In this document: piece by piece, positions 12,083 through 32,300 of the stretch
Layout of the letters: the number at the start of each line of letters is the position of its first letter
Position numbering within the stretch: the first letter of the stretch is position 1
From: Bugula neritina
Lineage: Eukaryota > Animalia > Bryozoa
Direction of reading: 5' to 3'
Length of the DNA stretch: 64,000 nt
NCBI GenBank assembly: GCA_964035545.1
Contig: OZ037767.1
Span: 25,870,628 to 25,934,627, forward strand
Program-made: the position numbers and the translations under genes
The notes under the pieces: model-generated
The model's database searches: none
Seen by the model: the letters and a program-made list of their open reading frames with translations, nothing else
Told to the model about the DNA's origin: nothing

Positions 12083-15000
12083 TTTTGTGCAGATATGGCT
12101 AGACTCTTTATGGCTGATAAATAATAATAGTTATACAATTTATTTATTTACACATTTTGTCTTCTTTGGACATTGAATTATAAGTAATAATTAATTGAAT
12201 ACTTAAATTTAGCAATTGTGTGCAAATGAAATGCTGCTAGTATTTTTATTGTTAATTTCCATCTTCAATTGTTCAAATAAACATAGATATATGCAAAAGT
12301 GCAGTATATGAATTTCATAGCTTATATTGCTGTTATAATATCAAGCCTTTTTAAATAGAACACTAAACTGTTTCTATATTCATTATATGTCTTCATATTT
12401 TTTGTTGAGTATACAAGAAATGAAAGTAGTTTTATCATATCCATTAACATTGATTTTCTCTTCACATCATCAATAGAAGATTAATGGACTGAAGGAGTTA
12501 TGGCAGAAGTTTTCTAAGCTTTCTCAAACGTTTCCAAGGCCATAACTTATATTAGGCACAAAACATAGCTTATTATTTAATTGCATGTTAGACTAGCAAG
12601 TTGTATGGACTCTGTATCAGAATAAAACATGTCTCTACTTGGTTAAGGCTTCTTATATACGGCAATTGAAGAATTAACAGAAAAGCGAGTATTGAAAAAT
12701 TTAAAGGTAGATGAGGTTAGTTTAGTCAAAAGAAATATTTGTTTCTACTATTTGTGTTAAGTTTTAATTAATGACAATTGGTTGGTGTAGATAGTTAACT
12801 AATTTCTCTTATGAGTCAAACACCAGCACGGTTTTGGCAATACCTTTATTCTTACACACACACACACGCACACAGTTGTGGTAAGTCGATTAGGGAAACA
12901 TGTCAGTTTTTGGAGTACACTCAGCATTGAAATTACAGGTATACTTTTGAACTCTTGACACAAGCTATTAATATTGCTCAAATACATCGCTAAGCTAAAA
13001 CCTGAATTTAAAATTTTCTACCTGAACTCAGGATATTTTTCAAAAAAGAGTTAAAATGTGTTTTTATTTGCAAAATATAATTTTTTTCTAAATTTGAAAG
13101 CTCAATACTAGAGGAGAAAACAACTTCAATGTTCAAAACATCTACACATATTCAACAGCTTCATACAGAAGTACAAAGAATATAAAAATGTTTTTAAATT
13201 TTACTGTGTTTTTAATTTTTACCAAACAAAAGTTAGCTAAGTGATGGTTTTTAAATTGAAAGCTCTAAAGTCCTTATTTATTTTATTGCCAAAAAATCTA
13301 AACATACTCGTATTAAATGAGCATATTATATAGCAAAACATAAGTTTTAAAAGCATATCATATATTAATAGCAAATTCAGAAACAATAGAAAAAAATCAG
13401 CCTAAAAAACAAAAACTTCTCTCTGATTACTGCATGTGATATTATAATATAATAAGTACAAAATTTTAGTATTTTTTTCTGCAAAGAGCTTTGAATCATT
13501 TATAATTAGATCTGTAAACTAACTGGGTAAGTTCACAACTATTTTTTCTCAATAAAAATTGCCTGTTATAGTTCAAACAAAGTAACTAATAGCTTTTAAC
13601 AGTAAAACAGATATAAAATTGATCTGTGTGAGCCACTAGAATTTATTTGTTATAAGTCACTGCTTTTTTGAGTGTGTTTTTAATAACTTATACTAATATT
13701 TCAGCTCATTAGGTTTAACTTAAAACAACCCTTGTTCAAAAAGCTTTTGAGATAATTATTGTTAATCAATTAAATAAACAAGCTCGCACTAGCAATAGTT
13801 TTTTAGGTAGGATTATTGCAAGAGCATATTTTCTATTATATTGGGCAGCCTAAAACTATTAAAACATTTCAATTTACTATATACTTTATATGACTTAGTT
13901 CTAGAATGTTAAATATATTATAAAAATAGTTAGTAAGCAATAAATAAGATCTAGTACAAACGACTTTTAGCAGAGAACCTTAAACTTTTTATCAACTATA
14001 AACTTTAAAACCTAATGAAGGTTGTTCTGCTAAATTGTGAAGTATTTCAGAAATGACTAAGGCTGTAGTAGCCTATTGTGTTTGCAAAATATATATGTAT
14101 ATATCTATATATATAATGTATAAATTGATTTATTATGTTATAAATGCTCATAATACTGATCTAAACAAAGTTCTTTTTAGTAAATTCTGTTGAAAAGTGG
14201 CATAGGACAGTAGAAGCTTTTTAGTAGATCTTAAATTCCTGTCAATGGAAACCAAAAATTGATAATTTCAAAAAGTTTTTATAATTTAAAAAACTTTGCT
14301 AAAACTTTAGTAAAGGAATGAGAGTTGAGTGTTCTAACTACCAGTTATAAAAAATTCACTAGGTAATGTATAAGACATTTGTGACTCTGTTTATGACACC
14401 CTGATTTCATAAAGCATTCGCTTTAATTTGGGTTGCTAAGCAGCTATAATGTTTTCGATACAACATTCATTATATTGCAGTTGAATCAACTTATTTATAA
14501 TATAGTTATGCTCTTCCTTATGCTACTTTATGCAATGTTTCTATATTAGGATGTCTCATAGCATGATTTACATTGATATTAATGGCTATGTTATTCCCTC
14601 TACATGCATAGCAAGTAGTGCATTGCAATAATAAAGTAAGTTCATCATTCGTTCAGTTGGCGCAGCTGTTGCATAGGTTGAAGTGAGCAGCTTTTTTAAA
14701 TAATCCAAAGGTCAAACATGAAAATCTGCATATTGTTTGTTGGGTTGAGAGGCTGACACCCCATTGTCTGGCATTGAATCAGTTAGAGAATTTAGGCAAT
14801 GCCCTCATGAGTCACTATAAATGTGTAGTTTGTGTTAACACATGGAGTTGATAATGATTTCGTATTGTTCAGCATCAGTGATCAGCGTTGGTTGCGTTTG
14901 AATAGTTAGATAGTCATTCTACTCTCTTTAGTTGAGGAAGTGACAAGGAAAAAGCTCTTACAGTGAAAGGTAGGAATCTATAGTTTACGTTCATATAAGA

Positions 15001-15550
15001 CTTTAAATCAATGAAAATCTACAATTACCTTGGCAATCACTTCAACTTTAGTTAATATTTTAAATAGATAATGCATTATAAGATGATAATTATTTAGCCA
15101 ATTTATGATGTTGTTTATATATGAGCCAGTTACAGACTAAGTTATAAAACTGAATATGGCAGCAGTTTATAATGCATGTTTCTGTTAATATTAAATAGCC
15201 TGAATTCCTCATCAACTTCTCAACTTCAACCTGCTACTACATATCTACTCTGTATAGCATCCTCTAACATTACCTGCAGTCATACTGCAATTATTAATAA
15301 CTTCAGGCAATTAGTTTAGCTCTGCTAACATTATTTTCTGAAAAGGTCAGCTTAATCCCAGAAGATGTGTTAAAAACATTGCATTTTTGTTTTTATTGGT
15401 AACAAATATGCAGCAGTAGGTCTCTTTTGCTTGGAAAGTTGCTTGAGTCACATGATAGAATTTCAAACTGTATTTTAAAGAATCTGTTGAAGACCTCAAT
15501 GGATTAACAAAAAACACAATCTCTAGAATCTGGTAGTGTATAGACGTGCC

Positions 15551-23670
<8,120 letters not shown>

Positions 23671-23838
23671 TCACCAGACAAGTAAGAATCAGTAGATAGT
23701 AGATATTGTTGTGTTTGTAGTCATAGATTATATATGGATACTTGCCTCTGCTGTCTTTACTTGTACATATAATATTGATATTTAAAATAAAGTAGATTAA
23801 TAGTTTAGTCTATGCTGTGTTTGATAAAAGCATATATC

Positions 23839-23894
<56 letters not shown>

Positions 23895-23944
23895 GTACTA
23901 ATACAATTTTGGATATGAAAATAAACTTAGATCTTCATTCTATT

Positions 23945-23989
23945 GACTACAATATTGTTTCACGTAGTGCGAGCTACGATCATCAGGTC
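23945..23989 (-). ncRNA. Minimal hammerhead ribozyme, mirror copy in the left arm
   Basis: Exact reverse complement of 26133-26177. Confidence 0.82.
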
Positions 23990-24058
23990 GTTGTGTGTAC
24001 GCTTGAGTGATTTTGTTTTGAAATTAGTATTGTTAGTGTATTACTACGCTGGAATGTT

Positions 24059-24882
24059 TTAACTAGCGTCTGTTAAGTGCGCAAGTAAAAATTTGCGTTT
24101 ATGTCTACACGTGGTGGAAAGCTCTTTTCGTTTGTTGAGGGAAGATAATTCCGGTTGTTTTAAAATTATATACTTCTCATAGTTGCATAAATTACATCTA
24201 TTGGTTAGGTTTGAGTATGATTTGCAAATCTTTAAAATATTCCATTTTAAGCTGAATTTCGTTTTGTTGTCTTTTAAATTCCAGATGTGTCTGCTGAGTT
24301 GCGTGCTGTTAGCTTTATCTGCATGTAGGAAAGAGGCTTTGTGGTTATTGAATCTGGTTTTGAAGGTAGTCGAACAGAGTCCTATGTATGAATGGCTGGA
24401 ATTATTGTCCTGTCTTGTTACAGTTGCTTGGTATATTACGTCTTTGTATAAGCATTTACCATTTAGTGGACAGTGGGAAGGTTGTTTGCAGTTACATTGT
24501 GTGTCATTTAGTTTAGTAGCGGTAGTAGGGGTGTGTGCGGTTTTAAGTTTGTGATGGTTCGAGCCATCAATAATATTTTTCATGTTGGGCATGCATGAAT
24601 AGCTAATTTTTATAGTTTTCCTATTGAAAATTTTACTTAGTTGGTTGGATGGTGGAAAGCATTTGTCGACGATTTGAAGAAATTTCTTCCCTATTTTGGT
24701 TTTTACTGTTGAACTAAAAGGTGGGTTGTACCACAATATGTTTCTGTTTCTATTTCTATTATTGTTGTTGGATTTGGGTGTCGGGTTATATTTTAATTTA
24801 TAGTCATATCCACTGTTTGATAGTGCTTCTTGGTACGGTTGTATGGTGGTTTTAAACTCTTCTTCATTGGAGGATAGTGAGC
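24059..24882 (-). pseudogene. Inverted duplicate of the Penelope thumb/GIY-YIG coding region
   Basis: Translation is identical to the + copy from SLSSNEEEF to the stop. Confidence 0.92.
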
Positions 24883-26063
24883 GCGAAACCTGCCAACTAA
24901 TTGGAATATATTTGCTTAATCTATTAACTACTGAAATGAATATAGAATGTAATTTAGGCCTGTATAGAGATGATGGACTCATAGTTTGCGAAGGAACACC
25001 TAGACACATAGAACAGAACAAAAAACAAATTTGCAACTTTTTTAGAAAATTTAATCTCTCAATCACAATAGAAGCCAATAAGAAAGTTGTAAACTTTCTA
25101 GATGTAACATTCAACTTGACTAACCAATCCTATAAACCCTATACAAAACCTGGAAACACTATCCTCTACGTTCACAAACAAAGCGACCACCCACCTGCAG
25201 TATTGAAAAACATACCAGAAAATATAAATAGAAGACTTAGCTCACTATCCTCCAATGAAGAAGAGTTTAAAACCACCATACAACCGTACCAAGAAGCACT
25301 ATCAAACAGTGGATATGACTATAAATTAAAATATAACCCGACACCCAAATCCAACAACAATAATAGAAATAGAAACAGAAACATATTGTGGTACAACCCA
25401 CCTTTTAGTTCAACAGTAAAAACCAAAATAGGGAAGAAATTTCTTCAAATCGTCGACAAATGCTTTCCACCATCCAACCAACTAAGTAAAATTTTCAATA
25501 GGAAAACTATAAAAATTAGCTATTCATGCATGCCCAACATGAAAAATATTATTGATGGCTCGAACCATCACAAACTTAAAACCGCACACACCCCTACTAC
25601 CGCTACTAAACTAAATGACACACAATGTAACTGCAAACAACCTTCCCACTGTCCACTAAATGGTAAATGCTTATACAAAGACGTAATATACCAAGCAACT
25701 GTAACAAGACAGGACAATAATTCCAGCCATTCATACATAGGACTCTGTTCGACTACCTTCAAAACCAGATTCAATAACCACAAAGCCTCTTTCCTACATG
25801 CAGATAAAGCTAACAGCACGCAACTCAGCAGACACATCTGGAATTTAAAAGACAACAAAACGAAATTCAGCTTAAAATGGAATATTTTAAAGATTTGCAA
25901 ATCATACTCAAACCTAACCAATAGATGTAATTTATGCAACTATGAGAAGTATATAATTTTAAAACAACCGGAATTATCTTCCCTCAACAAACGAAAAGAG
26001 CTTTCCACCACGTGTAGACATAAACGCAAATTTTTACTTGCGCACTTAACAGACGCTAGTTAA
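24883..26063 (+). CDS. Penelope-like ORF remnant: RT C-terminal half, thumb, Cys-rich linker and GIY-YIG endonuclease; 5'-truncated but with no stops
   Basis: ETCQLIGIYLL...GLYRDDGL (RT catalytic), VNFLDVTF, ILWYNPPFS, CNC..CPLNGKC, VIYQ...YIGL...FKTRFNNH...HIW...CNLC..EK...LN. The first 13 aa of the ORF-track call come from the inverted arm. Confidence 0.93.
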
Positions 26064-26132
26064 AACATTCCAGCGTAGTAATACACTAACAATACTAATT
26101 TCAAAACAAAATCACTCAAGCGTACACACAAC

Positions 26133-26177
26133 GACCTGATGATCGTAGCTCGCACTACGTGAAACAATATTGTAGTC
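26133..26177 (+). ncRNA. Minimal type I hammerhead ribozyme in the Penelope 3' region (pseudo-LTR)
   Basis: gac-CTGATGA-t-cgtag ctcgca ctacg-t-GAAA-c aatatt g-TA-gtc: conserved core, 5-bp stem II, palindromic stem III (acaatattgt), GUA cleavage triplet, gac/gtc stem I. Confidence 0.82.
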
Positions 26178-26288
26178 AATAGAATGAAGATCTAAGTTTA
26201 TTTTCATATCCAAAATTGTATTAGTACCAAATATAAATACTCTATTTTTCGAAATATTGAGTTCTTTTGATTCATTTTTAATTATAGA

Positions 26289-26356
<68 letters not shown>

Positions 26357-26784
26357 ATAAAAGCATAGTATGTTATAGGCTACCAACAAGTATTACAACT
26401 TTGGAACTAATCAATTAACTCTTGACTGTAAAAATATTTAAACTTTTACAATCTGTTTGAAAAATGTGCAGTTGGTGGTGTACAAAACTGGCTGGCATTA
26501 TTCTTTATAACCTTTTTTATAGTTCTCAGTAGTGTAGTTCTACTGTCATTCTGTTGTTTGTATTTATATTGTACAGCATGGCTAAAGTAGTATATGTCTT
26601 AGTCTTCTCCATGTGTTCTTGTTTGCATGTCTTGAGAAATGTGGAATAAGAGTATTTGTATAATTAGCTACCGCAATCACACTGAAAGACCTTTAAGAGA
26701 GTTACAAGATAAGGGTGATGTATATTTTGCTTTTATTTTAGTTTACAAAATATGTTTTATATATATAACTTGCTATGCTTTCAG

Positions 26785-26855
26785 GTGAACATGATGAAAT
26801 AGAAATATTTCAGTTACAAGACCCAACAAAGACAACAGCAACAGTAACAACATAA
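26785..26855 (+). CDS. Candidate alternative last exon of the SLC46 gene (GEHDEIEIFQLQDPTKTTATVTT*)
   Basis: Strong acceptor tgctttcag, phase-compatible with the 23122 donor, open for 23 codons to TAA, AATAAA motifs at ~27675 and ~27769. Confidence 0.45.
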
Positions 26856-26929
26856 TCTCTATATATCAGGCAACAGTCTGTCCCACAACACACAGCCTGC
26901 ACCATCTAGTCACAACTCAGTGTCTTACT

Positions 26930-27410
26930 ATACTAGCTCTAGAAACAGCATGTGCTAGTTCTAGAAACAGCATGTACTAGATCTAGAAACAGCATGTACT
27001 AGATCTAGAAACAGCATGTACTAGTTCTAGAAACAGCATGTACTAGATCTAGAAACAGCATGTACTAGTTCTAGAAACAGTATGTACTAGCTCTAGAAAC
27101 AGCAAGTGCTAGTTCTAGAAACAGCATGTACTAGTTCTAGAAACAGCATGTACTAGATCTAGAAACAGCATGTACTAGATCTAGAAACAGCATGTACTAG
27201 TTCTAGAAACAGCATGTGCTAGATCTAGAAACAGCATGTACTAGATCTGGAAACAGCATGTACTAGCTCTAGAAACAGTATGCACTAGCTTTAGAAACAG
27301 CATGTACTAGATCTAGAAACAGCATGTACTAGATCTGGAAACAGCATGCACTAGCTCTAGAAACAGCATTTACTAGATCTAGAAACAGCATTTACTACAT
27401 CTATAAACAG
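26930..27410. repeat. 22-bp minisatellite (tagaaacagcatgtactagatc), ~21 copies
   Basis: Visible homogeneous tandem array. Confidence 0.95.
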
Positions 27411-28485
27411 TGCTGCCATGTGTCAAATTAAGGAATGCCATCTTTCTCTTGCCAAAGTCACACTATAAATTGATGGATATTTATTTTGCATACAAATGTT
27501 ATGTAATTAATGGTATATCACACTCATTATAAGTCTTTCTCAGAATGTAATTTTTGAGCTGTTATTGTTGCCATTTTTTTAAACTGTCACTTTAACTGTA
27601 TTGCATGTCTATTCCTTCCATGGCACAGTGTATAATCAGAGATTTCTTGGGAAATTGTTTTATATTATGGCATAATAAAGTTATATATTTAATACCACTA
27701 TTACTTGTTTATTTGTATTCATTCAATTTAAAAAAAATATGCAGAAATTATGACCTAAATGTACACATAATAAAGTGGTGAAATAATATATGCTACTGGA
27801 TAAATGAACGATTTGCTTGGCTAATGACGTTAGCAAGTTTTGTCTCTGTCTCTAGTATTTCAAGTTTCAACACTGTATGTGTTATTTTTAGGCAAATCAA
27901 CATGTTTTACACTTATCAATACATTCTTCTTTTACTTGGTTACTTTCCAGAAATAAGTAAAACATTGCTTTTAATAAATACTTTTAAAATAATTAACCAT
28001 AGTTTCAGCCTTCGTTTTACTTAGTAGCATAGATCAGTCATGCCTGCAGCTATGGATGTGGAGTAGACTCTTAAATCACCAGGGAGTTACAGGGACATTA
28101 TTAGATAAAGGGTAAACAAAATATGTTAACAGCTGTACATAAAGTTGAAAGCCTAAGTTATACTTTTTAAAGAGTATTTAAATGGAATTGTCAATTGAAA
28201 ATAATATATTATACATGTAGATTTACACCAGGGGATTTCTCGTGGTTCATAGCTCTGGGAATTATTATTTTGTAGTTCAGGTTTTATAATCTATAATGCT
28301 ACTAAATAATGTCATAATTTAGTTAGTTGTATTTACTAGTAACTTATGTCAAGTTATAAAGAAACTTTGAGGAAACTGCTGAAATATGTTTTATTCTGCC
28401 TATATACTCTGCTTGTTAAATATAAGTTGAAGTGGTGACATTAACGTAAGCAAGATTAAAGCGTCAGCACCACTCAAAAACAAAA

Positions 28486-28506
28486 TATACATACATACAT
28501 ACATAC

Positions 28507-28602
<96 letters not shown>
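28486..28602. repeat. (TACA)n(TA)n microsatellite
   Basis: Directly visible. Confidence 0.95.
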
Positions 28603-28603
<1 letters not shown>

Positions 28604-29352
28604 GTTTTTATAAAATGTATTTTGAGATAATATAATAGAATACATTGAGTTAACCCTAGTCACCTTCTCTTATAGAGTTATTGCTATATTGTTTATGATG
28701 ATGAGCATTTGTTTAGCGGTTGCCAGGTTACCATTGTTTACAACTGAATACCTCAAGTCATCTTATTGTTTGTTAGCATAAGGCTGATTGTTAACTGTCT
28801 AATTACACTGACTACTCACAAGCCAGTCTGCCCTCTACATCACCTGTGTTGGTAAGTTTATTTCTATTTAATGTCAATTTCAAAATCAAATAAAGTAACA
28901 AAAGTGAAACTTTCTTATTCATGAAGCAAGCATTTCTCTGAATGTCTTGTAATTGGATGCCGTGAGCTTTCACTGTTACTGGCTTACTGTGAAGAAGTAT
29001 TACAATAAATACAATTTTATATTTGTTGTGAATTTAAATTATAATAAATACAATGTGTAGTTTCACAATTGGAGGTTAAAGGTTGGTACTTATAATGCAT
29101 GTGATGTATAAAGTGTTGACTAAAATTTACATGTTTTTCAAACAATATTGTTAATAGTTATCAGGAATATATTTAGTCAAATTAGTATATAAAAACATTT
29201 CTATTTTGAAGCCCCATCTTTCATGATATTATAAGTAATGTTTTGTGATTATCTTTTTGCAGCTGTCAAGTTATTTGCCAAACCAAAGAGGTTTGGTGGG
29301 AACAATACTAACAAAGCTTTTACATATTGCTTTAACTCCAAACAATAATAAG

Positions 29353-32300
29353 ATGGGTAAGTATATGTCATAATTATTGTCTATTATTCATTTTATTAAA
29401 TATGTACAACTTTCTATTGAACACTTTCTGTCTTTTCAACTATGACTGTTACAATAAATAAAAAAAATTGAAATAGTTAAATAAATACTTGCTGGTAGCC
29501 TAGTTAAAAATCTTAGTGCATTATTTAAAATCAATTGTTGAAACAATGGCAATATGTAGAGTAGGGGAAGGGGAGTAATTTTGCAATACACATGCATAGC
29601 TTGTTGGATTTATGATTGCGTTGCTAATTAGATTGCTAGTTGAGTTGCTGGTTGGGTTGCTAGTTGAGTTGCTAGTTGAGTTGCTGGTTGAGTTGCTAGT
29701 TAAGTTGGAGTCAGTAGCTATCCTTATAAATAATATTGTATAGTTAAGATAGGCTATTATTTTCTTTGTCTATTGGTTGTTAGTATTATATACAGTCTCA
29801 TAAATGTCTTCAATCATACCCTTGTACAATCAGATAAGATTATCTAATTGCATATGGCAGTAAAAATATAAGTTGGTAGGAATAAAAACCTTTGTAATCA
29901 ATGATAGTTTTAAGAGGTAAATTTACCATAATAATATATGTGTCTATATGTTTTAGCATTAACACTAGCCATGAATCCAAGTACAGAAAAAAAATCAGTA
30001 AAGAAGAGAAGGGTGCCCACCCCTTTATACAGAGAAATGGATTATCAGAAAATATCTACATCTAGAACAGAAGAGAATGATGCTGTAGTCAGGTTCTACG
30101 CTATGATGAACATTATGGTGACATTCAAAGGCCGTTCCACATACGAAATAGATCCAAATGTTATGGAAATAAAAATTAAGCAATCTCTGGGTACGTTTTC
30201 AGCCAAATGCTGATTTAAATTTGATAGACAGACAAATTCATATATAGTTGAAAAATAGGATAGTAGGTATCCAGTCTGTGATGTATTATCATGTCTCCAT
30301 TTTACATACTTACACCTCAGAAGCTAGCAACTAGTAACTTGTGTAACTTGAAGGCAGCAAAAATAAGAGAAGAGAAATTACGTATATGCATTAGTATGAC
30401 TCATGTATTTATTAAAGATCTTAATCAGGATTTTTTAATGCTAATAGAACTTATAGTATATGCTTATATGTTATAGTTAAAAAATTATCATGAACCTCAT
30501 ATAGTATAGTATGTATAAAATAATTATGTATATTATAACAACACACACTGCTTGAAGCCTGCTAAATACTAATCATATATCTATGATCGTTTTTTATGAT
30601 ATAATAAATATTTTCTGCTAAAAAGTAAACAGTTGACATATACGTGACCCAATAGGTCATGGTTTTACTATGTATTGATTATATAAATCTTATATATTTG
30701 TTTAGAGGTGGCCTTTTTCAAACTCTTTCAAGCTATGTTAAACTACCCTTCAAACATGTCATTACGCGAGTTAGTTGAGTTCACGTGTCATGGCGTGCTG
30801 TTTGAAGAGATTGAGAAGCTTCATGAAGAATTAGGGCTAAAGAAGCGGCTGTTACCTGGCATGAGACTTGATAAAGGTGAACTCTTGTTGCATAATGCCA
30901 AATAATTTAGGTTATAATAAAACTATCCATGTGTGTAAAGAATTTTCTAAGTTTGCATGAATTTCATAAAACAATAACTAAAAATTCTCAGCTCAATGAC
31001 AATTGTAGTTTTATGACGTAGGTGTGTGAGAACAGATGACAAAGAATGATAAGTATATAGGAGTCATAACCTTTGTATACAACCTGCTGTGCCAAACAAT
31101 TTATATGCCTCAGTTCATTAAGCGGTCATATTATTTTGCATCACTTTCAATAGTACTTAGGCAATTAATTTTAGTTTTTTTAAGCATTTCAACCTGGATA
31201 TGATAATTACACAATATAACAGAGCGTAAAACTTTTTATATGAATATAATATTTTTTACATAGATATATTTTTTATGCAAACCTAATTTTTTCATGAATA
31301 TATATTGTATATAAATATATTTTTACATAGATATATATTTTACATATATATTTTTTTGGAAGACGGCAAATCTGAGAAGCTTACTGTATATCAGAAAAAG
31401 GCGCGGGAATGCAGAATGAAAATATTTGAAGATACGATTTCCCGATTCTATTCAATGCTTGAGATTTATACTCCATACAAGATGAGACCTCGGCTGTGGG
31501 ATGAGCAGAGTATTCCAGATGACTACATGAACGAGAGGATAAAACTCCCAATTCGTGAGTTCCAGTCTTGCTAAAACACTGATATTGTAAAATTAGCAAC
31601 AGAGTAAGACCTGATGTTATGTGATTTCATGCCCAGACCACCCAACATTGTTCTTACATTCACAGCATAAACATATTATATATCATGTTCTCTATTTTAG
31701 GTGAAGCATTTAAGACATTCATAATGGTTATGAGGCAATTCCCTACCAAAATCACTAAACAGAAGGATTTGGTAGACTACACATTGAGGACAATACTGCC
31801 GAACTGTGAAGCAGGTACTATCTACTGCTATATCTAGTTATTATAGAATATAGAAGCTCATGCAAACACCTGCTGATACCTGTCATGTGTCAACTATTGC
31901 ATACATATATCAGCAATAGCTTTCTTATGTAGTCTGCTTTAGTCAGTTATAATGAAAACATTTCATCCCCAGATGTAAAAACCTGGCATACTAGACTGAA
32001 ACCATTCAAGTAATATAATTATTATCTCAAATTACTATTTAACTGTCAAGAATAAAATTATATATTAAGAATTTTAAATTCATTGAAATTAACTAATATG
32101 CTAATATTGATGCTAATTAAAATAACGTGAATCAAGGTTTCATTAACATAATTAATTCCTCGACTCTATAGTTATTTTTATTTATTGTTTCAAATGCTTT
32201 TATTTCGTTCAAATTTATTAAAAAAACCACATCATAATATAAATTCTAGCATATCGTGAACACATAATGCAAAAAATAAAATGCTGTATCATATAATGTA

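Larger units (their letters stand above)
23887..26292. mobile_element. Penelope-like retroelement (C-terminal endonuclease type): 5'-truncated copy plus an inverted partial copy
   Basis: Arms 23887-24882 and 25240-26235 are reverse complements, and the mirror ORFs are identical. The 357-bp spacer encodes RT. (TA)n lies on both sides. Confidence 0.95.

Noticed and set aside
24183-24554. Twin 123-aa ORFs (also 25568-25939)
   Set aside because: Antisense shadows of the endonuclease coding region, duplicated by the inversion.
24059-25114. 351-aa minus-strand ORF as an independent gene
   Set aside because: Chimera of antisense spacer sequence and the inverted Penelope arm.
26930-27410. CRISPR-like regular repeat array (also 9133-9582 and 10231-10390)
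   Set aside because: Units are contiguous with no unique spacers, there are no cas genes, and the context is eukaryotic; these are minisatellites.
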